This document shows, in pieces, positions 7,911-17,516 of a DNA stretch of 30,675 nt. Within the stretch, counting starts at the first letter, position 1. Each line of letters opens with the position of its first letter. The position numbers and the translations under genes were made by a program. The notes under the pieces are model-generated. The model worked only from the letters and a program-made list of their open reading frames with translations, made no database searches and had not been told where the DNA came from. Where the stretch lies: positions 1 through 30,675 of the forward strand of contig JAYWEM010000009.1 of assembly GCA_043779265.1 (NCBI GenBank), read 5' to 3'. Source of the DNA: a bacterium (GTDB lineage Bacteria; Eisenbacteria; RBG-16-71-46).

Positions 7911-10900
7911 TCAGTTCCCCTTCCACTCGGGCATCCGGCCCGGGGTCCACGGCGCGCCGGCCGCTTCGGCGCGACGTTCCAGCTCAGCCACATCGCGCAT
8001 CAGCGTGCGCAGCATCTCGATCTCGCGGGTCAGGTCGCCCGAGGCGATCTCGGCGTTCCGCCGATGCGTCGCCGTCGGCGCGCTCGTCGAACTCCAGCTT
8101 CCATAGACGACCTGGTTCACGCGATCCATCAGCGAGGGGGGCACCGCTTCATTGCGACGGGCCAGGGCCTCGTCGCCGTTCAGCCGGATCGAGATCTCCT
8201 GGCAGCGGCGCTCGAGCGACAGAGCCTCCTGGCGCATCTCGACCGTGGCCCTTGGTGCATCATGCAGCGCGGTCTTCAGATGGAGCGAGCGGTTCGAGGC
8301 CTCGCCCAGCGTGCGCGTGGCGCCGAGCGCGGAGCGCTGCAGACTTGCCACCTGTGCATGGAACGCGACCAGCGCCGGCCGGTCGGCGGCGGGCAGCGTC
8401 GTATTGTGGAGCGGCACGCACTCGAAGGCCACGAGCTCGGTGAGCGTCGTCGTGACGCCGTCGATCCGTTCGGAGAGTTGCACGAAGTAGCGGCCCGGCA
8501 TCACCAACGGCCCGGTCGATTCCGACCCGAAGTCCGACCGGGTTCTGCCACCCGGCTGCGCGGGCTCGCTCGAGGGCGAGCGGAAGTCCCACGCGACACG
8601 CTGGAAACCCGCATCCGTGGGTCCCGTCAGCCGGCGCACCACCTGGCCCTGCGCGTCCGTCACCGTCAGCACGATGGCAGCGGCCTCCTCGCGATCCTCG
8701 GCGCGGATGGCGTCCCAAGTCGGGTAGGGGCTGCCCTCACCCGCCTTGCGCTGCTCCTTCTCGCGCTCGCGCCTCGTGTCACGGAGGCTCTTGCGGTCGG
8801 ACTTCAGGTGATAGGTGAAGATGGCGCCGAAGGGCGGGTTCTCGGCGAAGTAGTGCATCTCCCCCTGCGAGGCGCGTCCGTCGCCGCCGAGCGGCGAGGC
8901 CGGCACGTACATCAGGGCCGGCTTGACCGGGAACAGCGTCGCCTTCTGCTCGAGCGTCGCGAGCGACGCCGAACGAAGCGGCGAGTAGTCATCGAGGATG
9001 TAGAATCCTCGGCTGAACGAGCCCACCACGAGATCGTTCTCCCGCTTCTGGATCGCGAGGTCTCGCACGCACTGGACCGGCAGGCCACCCTTGAGCGCGA
9101 ACCAGTTCCTGCCGCCGTCCTTGGTGCAGAACACGCCGAACTCGGTTCCTGCGAACAGCAGGTCGGGATCGACGTGGTCCTCGACGAGCGCGTAGACGGA
9201 TCCGTTGTCAGGGAGTCCGGTCGTGATGGCACGCCAGGTGCGCCCAAGGTCATCGCTGCGATGGATGTACGGCTTGTAGTCGCCCATCTTGTGGCGATCG
9301 AACGCGGCGTAGAGGCGCGAGCGCGAGTGCTGCGACGCCAGCACACGTGAGACGTACGACCACTCGCCGACGAGCGGCGTGGAGTCGTAGCGCCGCCACG
9401 CAGCGCCGCTGTTCTCACTGATCTGGATGAGGCCGTCGTCGGTCCCCACCACGAGCAGACCCTCGACCAGCGGCGACTCATCGAGCGAGACGATGTTGCC
9501 GTAGTTGGACGTGCTCGCGTTCTTGGACACCGCGTCGATGCTCCAGATCCGGCCCATCACGGGCAGCTGATTGCGATCGACCTGCCGCGTCAGGTCGGGG
9601 CTCACGGCGCGCCAGGCATCGCCCCGGTCATCGCTTCGATAAAGGCGCTGCGAGGCGAAGTACAGTCGCGACGAAGCGTGCGGCGAGATGTTGAGCGGGC
9701 TGTCCCAGTTCCAGCGCGACGGCGCCTCGCCGGGCTCGATCTGCGGTTGGATGTCCACCGCCTCGCCGCTCTTGCGATCGAAGCGGACGATGCCGGCGTG
9801 CTGGTACTGACCGTAGACGATGTTGGGATCGGTCGGATCGACGCGCGGCTGGAAGCCGTCGCCGCCCAACACGATGAACCAGTCGCTCGAGCGGATGCCG
9901 TTGTCGTTGAGCGTGCGCGAGGGCCCGCCCTGGGTGTTGTTGTCCTGCGTGCCGCCGTAGACGTTGTAGAACGGCAGCGCCTCATCGAGCGCGAGCTTGT
10001 AGAACTGCGTGATGGGCAGGTTCGTGAAGTACTTCCACGTCTCGCCGCGATCGAAGGATTCGTACAAGCCACCGTCGCCGCCGACCAGCAGGTGCTCGCT
10101 GTCGCTCGGGTCGATCCACACCAGATGATCGTCCACGTGGCGCGCGCGATTACTCACGCGCCGCCAGGTGCGGCCGCCGTCATCGCTGGTCTGCAGGAAC
10201 GTGTCGATCGAATAGAGCCGATCGGGGATCGACGGGTCGCTGAACAGCTCCTGGTAGTACTGCGGGCTCGAGGAGATGCGGCCGTTCAGCTTCTCCCAGT
10301 TCATCCCGCCATCACCCGAGCGATAGGTGCCCGAGGCCTCGTGCTGGGCCTCGATGGTGGCGGTGATCACGTTCGCGTCGTGCGGCGAGACGGTCATGCC
10401 GATGCGGCCCATGTCGCCCGAGGGCAGGCCGTTCTTGAGCTTCGTCCAGGACTCGCCGCCATCGGCGCTCTTCCAGATGCCGCTGCCCGGACCGCCGTTG
10501 AGGAGCGTCCACACCTTGCGGTGCCGCTGATAGGTGGTCGCGTAGAGCACGTCGGGATTGCGCGGATCGAAGTGGACCTCGTTGGCGCCGGTCCACTCAT
10601 CGACGTTCAGCACCTTGCGCCACGTCTTGCCGCCATCGCTCGTCTTGTAGACCCCGCGATCGCCGCCCGCACTCCACAGCGGACCGAACGCGGCGACGAA
10701 CACGGTCTTCGAGTCCTTCGGGTGGACGCGCACCATGCCGATGCTGCCCGACTCCTTGAGACCGAGATTCGTCCAGTTCTTCCCGCCATCCTCGGAGCGA
10801 TACACGCCGTCGCCCCACCCGACCGAGCGCTGGCTGTTGTTCTCCCCCGATCCGACCCACACCGTGATGGGGTTCTGCGGGTCGAGCGTGACGCAGCCGA

Positions 10901-11228
10901 TGCTCGAGGTGCCCTGCCCGTCGAAGATCGGCTTCCAGCTCGTACCGGCATTGGTCGTCTTCCACACGCCGCCGTAGGAAGCCGCCAGGTACCACGTGCT
11001 CTTGTCGCCCGGGTGCACGACGAGATCGCCGACACGTCCCGAGGTGAGCGCGGGCCCGATCGAACGGAACTTGAGTCCCGAGAACGTGGCGCTCTCGAAG
11101 CCCTTCGACTTCTCGGACTTCGGAGTTGACGGACGGCCGACCGGCTTGGCGGGTGACTTCGCGGCATTCACGGCCGGCACGACGGTGACCATGGCGATGA
11201 GCGAGAGAGCTGTGAGCGTCCGCATCAT
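7911..11228 (-). CDS. Secreted BNR/Asp-box (VPS10/sortilin-like) glycosyl-hydrolase-family protein
   Basis: Signal peptide; FRSIGPALTSGRV; many SxDGGxxW Asp-boxes; HVDDH, GGTQDN, GGDGF; helical C-terminus. Confidence 0.85.
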   Translation of the reverse strand: MMRTLTALSLIAMVTVVPAVNAAKSPAKPVGRPSTPKSEKSKGFESATFSGLKFRSIGPALTSGRVGDLVVHPGDKSTWYLAASYGGVWKTTNAGTSWKPIFDGQGTSSIGCVTLDPQNPITVWVGSGENNSQRSVGWGDGVYRSEDGGKNWTNLGLKESGSIGMVRVHPKDSKTVFVAAFGPLWSAGGDRGVYKTSDGGKTWRKVLNVDEWTGANEVHFDPRNPDVLYATTYQRHRKVWTLLNGGPGSGIWKSADGGESWTKLKNGLPSGDMGRIGMTVSPHDANVITATIEAQHEASGTYRSGDGGMNWEKLNGRISSSPQYYQELFSDPSIPDRLYSIDTFLQTSDDGGRTWRRVSNRARHVDDHLVWIDPSDSEHLLVGGDGGLYESFDRGETWKYFTNLPITQFYKLALDEALPFYNVYGGTQDNNTQGGPSRTLNDNGIRSSDWFIVLGGDGFQPRVDPTDPNIVYGQYQHAGIVRFDRKSGEAVDIQPQIEPGEAPSRWNWDSPLNISPHASSRLYFASQRLYRSDDRGDAWRAVSPDLTRQVDRNQLPVMGRIWSIDAVSKNASTSNYGNIVSLDESPLVEGLLVVGTDDGLIQISENSGAAWRRYDSTPLVGEWSYVSRVLASQHSRSRLYAAFDRHKMGDYKPYIHRSDDLGRTWRAITTGLPDNGSVYALVEDHVDPDLLFAGTEFGVFCTKDGGRNWFALKGGLPVQCVRDLAIQKRENDLVVGSFSRGFYILDDYSPLRSASLATLEQKATLFPVKPALMYVPASPLGGDGRASQGEMHYFAENPPFGAIFTYHLKSDRKSLRDTRREREKEQRKAGEGSPYPTWDAIRAEDREEAAAIVLTVTDAQGQVVRRLTGPTDAGFQRVAWDFRSPSSEPAQPGGRTRSDFGSESTGPLVMPGRYFVQLSERIDGVTTTLTELVAFECVPLHNTTLPAADRPALVAFHAQVASLQRSALGATRTLGEASNRSLHLKTALHDAPRATVEMRQEALSLERRCQEISIRLNGDEALARRNEAVPPSLMDRVNQVVYGSWSSTSAPTATHRRNAEIASGDLTREIEMLRTLMRDVAELERRAEAAGAPWTPGRMPEWKGN

Positions 11229-11413
11229 TGGAGGGGAGTCCCCGGGGTCGATTGGAGCGAGTCCCGTCCTCTGCGAACGGGCGCACGAGGCTGGCGAGTA
11301 AGCGGCAGCCGTGTTCGGCCGTCAATCGGACGAGGCCGGGCGCGGAACCCCCGCCCCCCGGCGCGGTCCGGGCCCCCTGCGGCGTGAGCGGCTCTGTGGC
11401 AGAGTCGCGCGCC

Positions 11414-12514
11414 ATGGACCCTCACGCCTCCGTCACGATCGACCCGGACATCTCCCGCGCGCATACCCTTCCGGGGTGGATGTATTCGGATCCCGCCGTG
11501 TTCGCCGCGAGCCGCGGGAACGTGTTCGCGAGGAGTTGGCAGTTCGTCACCGACACCGGGCGCATCAAGGTGCCGGGCCAGGTGCACCCGTTCATCCTGC
11601 TCGAGGGTCACCTCGACGAACCGCTCATGCTGACCCGCGATCGCGCCGACCAGGTGCACTGCCTCTCCAATGTGTGCACACATCGCGGCACGCTCGTGTG
11701 CGAAGGCGACGCGGTCGAGTCCTCGCTGCGCTGCCGCTATCATGGGCGGCGCTTCGGGCTCGACGGGCGTTTCCAGTCGATGCCCGAGTTCGAGGGCGCC
11801 GTCGGCTTCCCCTCGCCCGCCGACGATCTGCCGCGTATCGCGTTCGGCACGTGGCGGGCCTTCGTGTTCGCATCGCTCGCATCCCCCGGCGCGCTCGATG
11901 CACTGGTCGCGCCGCTCGAGGCGCGCTGTGGGTTCCTGCCGATCGAGCAAGCACAGTTCCGGCCCGAACGCTCGCGCGAGTACCTCGTGCACGCGAACTG
12001 GGCACTCTACTGCGACAATTACCTCGAGGGCTTCCACATCCCCTACGTGCACGCCGGACTCGCGCAGACGCTCGACTACGGCGAGTATCGGACCCAACTG
12101 TTCGAGCGCTCCGTGCTGCAGCTGGGCGTGGCGGCCGATGCCGAGCCGGCGTTCGAGCTGCCGGCCGGTCACCCCGACCACGGCTCGCGCATCGCGGCGT
12201 GGTACTGGTGGCTGTGGCCGAACACGATGATCAATGTGTATCCGTGGGGCATCAGCGTGAACGTCGTGCGCCCGCTCGCGGTGGACCGCACCAAGGTCTC
12301 ATTCCTCTCGTATGTGTGGGATGAGTCCAAGCTCGATCTCGGAGCGGGCGGCGCCATCGACCGCGTCGAGCGCGAGGACGAAGTGATCGTCGAGAGCGTG
12401 CAGCGAGGCACCCGCTCGCGTTCCTACACGAGGGGGCGCTACTCGCCCACGCGTGAGCAGGGCGTCCATCACTTCCATCGCATGCTCGCCGAATCGCTGC
12501 GCCCGAACCTTTGA
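11414..12514 (+). CDS. Rieske non-heme iron oxygenase alpha subunit (choline monooxygenase/CntA-like)
   Basis: Rieske CTHRG...CRYHG; mononuclear Fe site NWALYCDNYLEGFHIPYVH...ED; C-terminal EQGVHHFH. Confidence 0.88.
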   Translation: MDPHASVTIDPDISRAHTLPGWMYSDPAVFAASRGNVFARSWQFVTDTGRIKVPGQVHPFILLEGHLDEPLMLTRDRADQVHCLSNVCTHRGTLVCEGDAVESSLRCRYHGRRFGLDGRFQSMPEFEGAVGFPSPADDLPRIAFGTWRAFVFASLASPGALDALVAPLEARCGFLPIEQAQFRPERSREYLVHANWALYCDNYLEGFHIPYVHAGLAQTLDYGEYRTQLFERSVLQLGVAADAEPAFELPAGHPDHGSRIAAWYWWLWPNTMINVYPWGISVNVVRPLAVDRTKVSFLSYVWDESKLDLGAGGAIDRVEREDEVIVESVQRGTRSRSYTRGRYSPTREQGVHHFHRMLAESLRPNL

Positions 12515-12522
12515 GAGGCCCC

Positions 12523-13812
12523 GTGCACTCGACCCGACTCCTGTTCGCATCGCTGCTGCTCGCCGCTTCCACCCTGACCGGTTGCTCAGGCGCCAACCCT
12601 GAGCCCCTCGCCGCCGAAGCGCCGAGAGCCTGGGCGCGGCCGCTGCGCGACACGACCTTCGCGAAGACCGATGCGCGGCGCGAGCGCGGCCGCTACCTCG
12701 CGACCACGATCGTGCAATGCATGATGTGCCACAGCGAACGTGACTGGAGCCAGCCCGGCGCGCCACCTCGAGCCGACCGCTACTTCGCCGGCTCGGTGAT
12801 GCGTGACGACTCGACGACGCGCTTGGTCGCCGCCAACTTGACGCCCGATCGTGAGACGGGCATCGGCCGCTGGAGCGACGACATGCTGGTGCGCGCCATC
12901 CGGGAGGGCGTCGGTCACGACGGACGCGCCCTGCATCCGCAGATGTGGTACGGCTCGTTCCGCGACTTGAGTGATGAGGATGTGGCCTCGATCGTCGTCT
13001 TCCTGCGATCGCTCCCCCCCATCAAGAACACCCTGCCGCCGACGCGATTGACCGAGGAGCGCAAACGCGAGATCGAGGCCTCGCTCGAGCCGCTCACCAC
13101 GCCCGTGCACGAGCGCGATCGTACGGACCCACTCGCACTTGGGCGGCACTTGATCCGAGTCGCCGATTGCGAGGGCTGTCACACCTCGTGGTACTCCAAG
13201 CGCAATCCGGGGCTGCTGGCCGGCGGCAACTGGATCGAGCTGGCGGCACAAGCCGCGTTCTCCACCAACATCACGCCCGATTCGAATGCCATCGGCACGT
13301 GGGACGAGGCGACGTTCGCGAGCATGATGCGCACAGGCAAGGGAGGCACGATGCACGGCGTCATGCCGTGGGTCGCCTTCGGGGGTCTGACCGACGAGGA
13401 CCTGAGCGCGATCCGCGCCGTGCTGATGGACATGCCCGCTGTAGAGCATCGCATCGACAATCTCTCGCCGGCCACGCCGTGCGCCGTGTGCGGTCAGTCA
13501 CACGGCCTCGGAGAGACGAATACGCTGAAGCGTCCCACCGGGATCGCGCTTCCGAGCGCGCTGCTCGCGAGTTATCAGGGCACGTATCGTACAAGCGTTC
13601 CTCCACTCGTCTGGATGGTGACGCTCGAGAAGGGCCGGCTGATCGCGCGTGAGCAGGATGGGCCGGATGCGGTGCTGATTCCGATGACCCGAACGCGATT
13701 CCACGCCGACGGCTGGCTGGCCCCGGTCGAGTTCCGCGGCGACTCGGCGGGACGGCCGACTCAATTGGTCTCACTCGAAGTGGAACCGCTCGTGGGCGTG
13801 CGTGCCCGCTGA
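12523..13812 (+). CDS. Di-heme c-type cytochrome lipoprotein with C-terminal DUF3471-like domain (alternative start TTG 12511)
   Basis: Lipobox LTGC; CMMCH and CEGCH each followed by NL/ITPD..GIGxW; distal Met candidates (HPQM, VMPW). Confidence 0.8.
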   Translation: MHSTRLLFASLLLAASTLTGCSGANPEPLAAEAPRAWARPLRDTTFAKTDARRERGRYLATTIVQCMMCHSERDWSQPGAPPRADRYFAGSVMRDDSTTRLVAANLTPDRETGIGRWSDDMLVRAIREGVGHDGRALHPQMWYGSFRDLSDEDVASIVVFLRSLPPIKNTLPPTRLTEERKREIEASLEPLTTPVHERDRTDPLALGRHLIRVADCEGCHTSWYSKRNPGLLAGGNWIELAAQAAFSTNITPDSNAIGTWDEATFASMMRTGKGGTMHGVMPWVAFGGLTDEDLSAIRAVLMDMPAVEHRIDNLSPATPCAVCGQSHGLGETNTLKRPTGIALPSALLASYQGTYRTSVPPLVWMVTLEKGRLIAREQDGPDAVLIPMTRTRFHADGWLAPVEFRGDSAGRPTQLVSLEVEPLVGVRAR

Positions 13813-15187
13813 ATCATCCGAGGGCTCGGCTGGGAGCGCGACTCTCAAGCGCGCCCTCGGCACCCGGGATGTGGCTCTCCTCACGATGGGCGCTGTCATC
13901 GGCACGGGCATCTTCCTCACGCCCGGCAGCGTCGTCGCCGAGGTCGGAGCCGCCGCCTCGCCCTTCGTCTGGCTCGTCGGCGGCCTGCTGACGCTGGCGG
14001 GCGCGCTGACCTACGCCGAGCTGGGTGCGATGTTCCCGCGGGCGGGCGGCCTCTATCACTTCCTCAAGGAAGCCTACGGGACGGTGTGGGGGTTCCTGTT
14101 CGGTTGGACCTGCCTGCTCGTCATCATGAGTGGCGGCATCGCCGCGATCGCCATCGGGTTCGGCGAGTACCTCGGCGCGTTCGTCCCCGTGTTCTCGAGC
14201 GCGCACATTGTGCTGCACGTGGGCGCCTGGCAGGTGAGCGGCGCGCAGGTGGCCGCGGTCGCGGCGATCGTGCTGCTGACGTGTATCAACCAGATGGGGC
14301 TCGAACCCGCCGCACTGCTACAGGCCGTGTTCACGTTCGCCAAGGTCGGCGCGATCGTGGCGCTCATCGCGTTCGGCGCCATGGCGATGCCCGTCACCGA
14401 GGTCGCGCCTTCATTGCCGGACTTCGCCTCAGACGGCGGACTCGGCCTGCTCGGGGCGTTCGGTGCGGCGATGGTGGCAGCGCTGTGGACGTTCGATGGT
14501 TGGTACGCCGCGACGTTCTCGGCGGGAGAAGTACGCCATCCTTCGCGGGACCTGCCGCGCGGTCTCATCGTGGGCGTGGTCGCGATCTCAGTGCTCTACG
14601 CCGCGCTCTCGCTCGTCTACCTGCGGGCGCTGCCCGAGGCCCAACTCGCAGCGTCGACTCGCGTCGCCGAGGATGCCGCACGCGCGTTGTTCGGCGAGTC
14701 CGCAGCCCGTGCCATGACGCTTGCGGTCGTCGTCTCGGCGTTCGGCTGCCTCGCGGCCACGATCCTCTACTCCTCTCGCGTCTATCAGCCGATGGCCGCC
14801 GATGGTGTGTTCTTCCGGCGCGTCGCGCACATCCATCCCAAGTGGAGGACGCCAGTCGCAGCGCTATGGCTGCAGAGCGGCTGGGCGATCGCACTGGCCC
14901 TGACCGGGAGCTACAGCCAACTCTTCACGTTCGTCACGTTCGGCAGTGTGCTCTTCCATGTCGCCGGCGGCCTCGCGCTGTTCCGTCTGCGAGCCACGCT
15001 TCCCAATGCGCCGCGGCCGTATCGGGCGGCTGGGTTCCCGCTCATCCCGGCGCTGTTCGTCCTCGGGATGCTGCTCCTGACGATCAACACGCTGATGACC
15101 GCGCCGCGCGAGTCGCTGCTCGGGCTGGCGCTGATCGCCGCGGGACTTCCGGCCTACGCGTTCTGGAGGCGGAAGCGCGCCGCTTGA
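13802..15187 (+). CDS. APC-family amino acid permease
   Basis: GAVIGTGIF, YAELGAMFPRAGG, FDGW...GEV, RPYRAAGFP; about 12 hydrophobic segments. Confidence 0.9.
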   Translation: MPAESSEGSAGSATLKRALGTRDVALLTMGAVIGTGIFLTPGSVVAEVGAAASPFVWLVGGLLTLAGALTYAELGAMFPRAGGLYHFLKEAYGTVWGFLFGWTCLLVIMSGGIAAIAIGFGEYLGAFVPVFSSAHIVLHVGAWQVSGAQVAAVAAIVLLTCINQMGLEPAALLQAVFTFAKVGAIVALIAFGAMAMPVTEVAPSLPDFASDGGLGLLGAFGAAMVAALWTFDGWYAATFSAGEVRHPSRDLPRGLIVGVVAISVLYAALSLVYLRALPEAQLAASTRVAEDAARALFGESAARAMTLAVVVSAFGCLAATILYSSRVYQPMAADGVFFRRVAHIHPKWRTPVAALWLQSGWAIALALTGSYSQLFTFVTFGSVLFHVAGGLALFRLRATLPNAPRPYRAAGFPLIPALFVLGMLLLTINTLMTAPRESLLGLALIAAGLPAYAFWRRKRAA

Positions 15188-15223
15188 TCGAGAGGCGTCG
15201 CCTGTGAGCGTGAGAAGTCTCGC

Positions 15224-15853
15224 TCAGGCCGCGCGCCGCGATCCTTCGACCTGGCTTTCATGGTCGTGCACGCCGCGCTGCTTGCGGTGCGCCATGTCGA
15301 GTGCATAGAACTCGCGGAACCTCGCAGCGGATTCATCGGCGTCTGCCGGCACGAGGCCGGCGGTCGGCCGGTCCTCGAGGAGCCGCCGCCAGATCGCCGA
15401 AGCATCGAGTGCCGGGTGATAGTGGACCGAGACTCCGGGCCGCGCCCCGGAGCCGAATGGCGTGTGACCGACGCACACGAACGAGGTGCCGTCGTCATAG
15501 AAGCTCACGCACTCGCTCCACCGTCCCACCACCGGGTGCTCATAAGAGGCGGCGTGGATCGCATTGGTCTCGTGCGCGAACAATGCCACCTTCACCTCGG
15601 GCAGCTCGGTCACGGTGAACCAACCGGCGAGCGTGAAACCGCCCTCTCTCATCTGATCGGCCAGTGCCTGGCGACACGACTCGTCCTCCCAACGCGGGGA
15701 CACCTGCGGCACCAGCGTGATCGTGTCGGGCTGGGCGGCCAAGGCCATTCGCGCGACCGAGCGGACGATCAGCGCGCCGGCCAGTCCACGCAGCGACAAG
15801 GCGAGCAGCGCGATGGCGGCCACGACCGCGTAGGCCATCCAATGAGCGGGCAT
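15224..15853 (-). CDS. Hypothetical protein with N-terminal membrane anchor (start may be 15838)
   Basis: Hydrophobic AYAVVAAIALLALSL followed by a globular domain; fills the gap downstream of arsS on the same strand. Confidence 0.6.
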   Translation of the reverse strand: MPAHWMAYAVVAAIALLALSLRGLAGALIVRSVARMALAAQPDTITLVPQVSPRWEDESCRQALADQMREGGFTLAGWFTVTELPEVKVALFAHETNAIHAASYEHPVVGRWSECVSFYDDGTSFVCVGHTPFGSGARPGVSVHYHPALDASAIWRRLLEDRPTAGLVPADADESAARFREFYALDMAHRKQRGVHDHESQVEGSRRAA

Positions 15854-15926
15854 GGAGTGGACATCGGCACGGAATGGCGATTCCTGCACCCTCGATGCTT
15901 CGCGCCGCAGCGTGAGGCGCCCGGCG

Positions 15927-16973
15927 TCAGCTCTCGATCGCGCCGCCGCACGTGGAGCCGGCGCCGGCGGTGCAGCCGAAGCAGTGGCGGGCGGTGCGGA
16001 CGCGGCGATGCAACTGGCCATTCTCGAGCAGTTCGGTGAGCGTCGTCGGGGCGCCATAACCGAGTGTCATGTCGAGCATCTGATTGAAGTCGCAGTCGAA
16101 CAGCTTGCCGTCGTAGCCCACCGACAGCGTGTTGCGGCACATCAGTCCCTCGACGGCAGCCGGATTGAACGCCTGCACGAGCGTGTCCATGTAGCGCTGG
16201 AGATTCCCCGAGCTCTCGAGGAACTCGAGGAAACGGCTGATCGGCATGTTGGTGATCGCGTAGAGACGGTCGAACACGATGCCATGGCGTGACTCGAGTT
16301 CGCGTCGGTAGTCGCGCTCGAGCGAGGCCTGATTGCCGGGCAGGAACGAGCCGACCGGGTTGTGCACCAAGTCGAGCACGAGGCCATCGCCTCGGCCGTA
16401 ACCGGCCGCGTTGAGTCGGCGCATCGCCTCCATGCTGCGATCGAAGACGCCGCTGCCGCGCTGCGCATCGGTGCCCTGACTGCGGAACGACGGCAGCGAT
16501 GCCACCACCTCGACACGGTGCTCGGTGAGGAAGTCGATGAGGTCGGCCTGTGGCGCGGTGAGCAGGATGGTGAGATTGCAGCGGTCGATCACCCGGCGGC
16601 CGAGCGCGCGCGCCTGTTCGACGAGCCAGCGGAACTGCGGATTCAACTCGGGCGCACCGCCCGTCACATCGAGCGTGGGGATCGGATGGCGCCTCAGCAC
16701 CTCGATCACCTGCTCGGCCGTTTCGCGCGTCATCACCTCGCGGCGGTCGGGCCCGGCATCGACGTGGCAGTGCGCGCACGTCTGGTTGCAGAGCTTGCCG
16801 ACGTTGACCTGAAGTATGTCGATCCGCGTCGTCTCCAGCACGGGGAGCCCGTGCGAGGCGAGCACGCCCTCGAACGCCGGTGCGCCGGTCGCATCGAGCT
16901 GCGCCAGCTGCAGCTCGGGATCGACGAGGCGTGAGGACCGCGACAGGAGTGAAGTGACCGGCGCGCGCGTCAT
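15927..16973 (-). CDS. arsS: Arsenosugar biosynthesis radical SAM protein ArsS (TIGR04167-type, DUF3641 C-terminus)
   Basis: LQVNVGKLCNQTCAHCHVDAGP, DVTGGAPELNP, DRCNLT, MCRNTLSV...DCDFNQML, HCFGCTAGAGSTCGG. Confidence 0.9.
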   Translation of the reverse strand: MTRAPVTSLLSRSSRLVDPELQLAQLDATGAPAFEGVLASHGLPVLETTRIDILQVNVGKLCNQTCAHCHVDAGPDRREVMTRETAEQVIEVLRRHPIPTLDVTGGAPELNPQFRWLVEQARALGRRVIDRCNLTILLTAPQADLIDFLTEHRVEVVASLPSFRSQGTDAQRGSGVFDRSMEAMRRLNAAGYGRGDGLVLDLVHNPVGSFLPGNQASLERDYRRELESRHGIVFDRLYAITNMPISRFLEFLESSGNLQRYMDTLVQAFNPAAVEGLMCRNTLSVGYDGKLFDCDFNQMLDMTLGYGAPTTLTELLENGQLHRRVRTARHCFGCTAGAGSTCGGAIES

Positions 16974-16979
16974 GCTCGG

Positions 16980-17312
16980 CTACATCCCCAGCTTCTCGGC
17001 GATGGTCCGCATCTGGACGCCGTGCGCCAGCGCCGCGCCGCCTCGGATGGCGTTCGCGACGTGCACCGCCTCGGTCATCTGATCCAGGTCGGCTCCCTGC
17101 TTGAGGCACGACTGCGTGTAGGAGTCGATGCAGTAGGGGCACTGGACCGCATGGGAGACCGCCAGCGCGATCAGGCTCTTCTCACGTTCCGAGAGCGCTC
17201 CCTCGGCGAAGACGGCGCTGTAGTACTCGGAGAACTTGGCCCACAGCTCGGGGCGATTCTTGCCCATCTCGGGGAATCGACCGAGATCCTCGGGCGCGTA
17301 GTACGTCTCCAT
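16980..17312 (-). CDS. Arsenosugar biosynthesis-associated peroxidase-like protein (AhpD/CMD family, TIGR04169-type)
   Basis: YYxPEDL...VFAEGALSEREKSLIALAVSHAVQCPYCID...IRGGAALAHGVQM; 6 nt upstream of arsS. Confidence 0.9.
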   Translation of the reverse strand: METYYAPEDLGRFPEMGKNRPELWAKFSEYYSAVFAEGALSEREKSLIALAVSHAVQCPYCIDSYTQSCLKQGADLDQMTEAVHVANAIRGGAALAHGVQMRTIAEKLGM

Positions 17313-17516
17313 GAAGCGGACTCTCCTTGGGCGAAGGGGCGAGTGGATGGGTGCCTCGGGACCGTGCTCCGCACGTTACATGCGGGGCGTCCGGGCGTCT
17401 CCCCGTGCTGCGCCCTCTTCAATGAACGAACGAGTGGGGTGAGTGGGACCCCGATGCACGAAAGCGCCCGCGCCCTCTGGCTTGTCCGCGCCGGGGGCGC
17501 CACGCATCATGCCCCG

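Noticed and set aside
15205..15226. Hairpin TGAGCG-N10-CGCTCA between convergent genes as a terminator
   Set aside because: Short stem overlapping a stop codon, no U-tract
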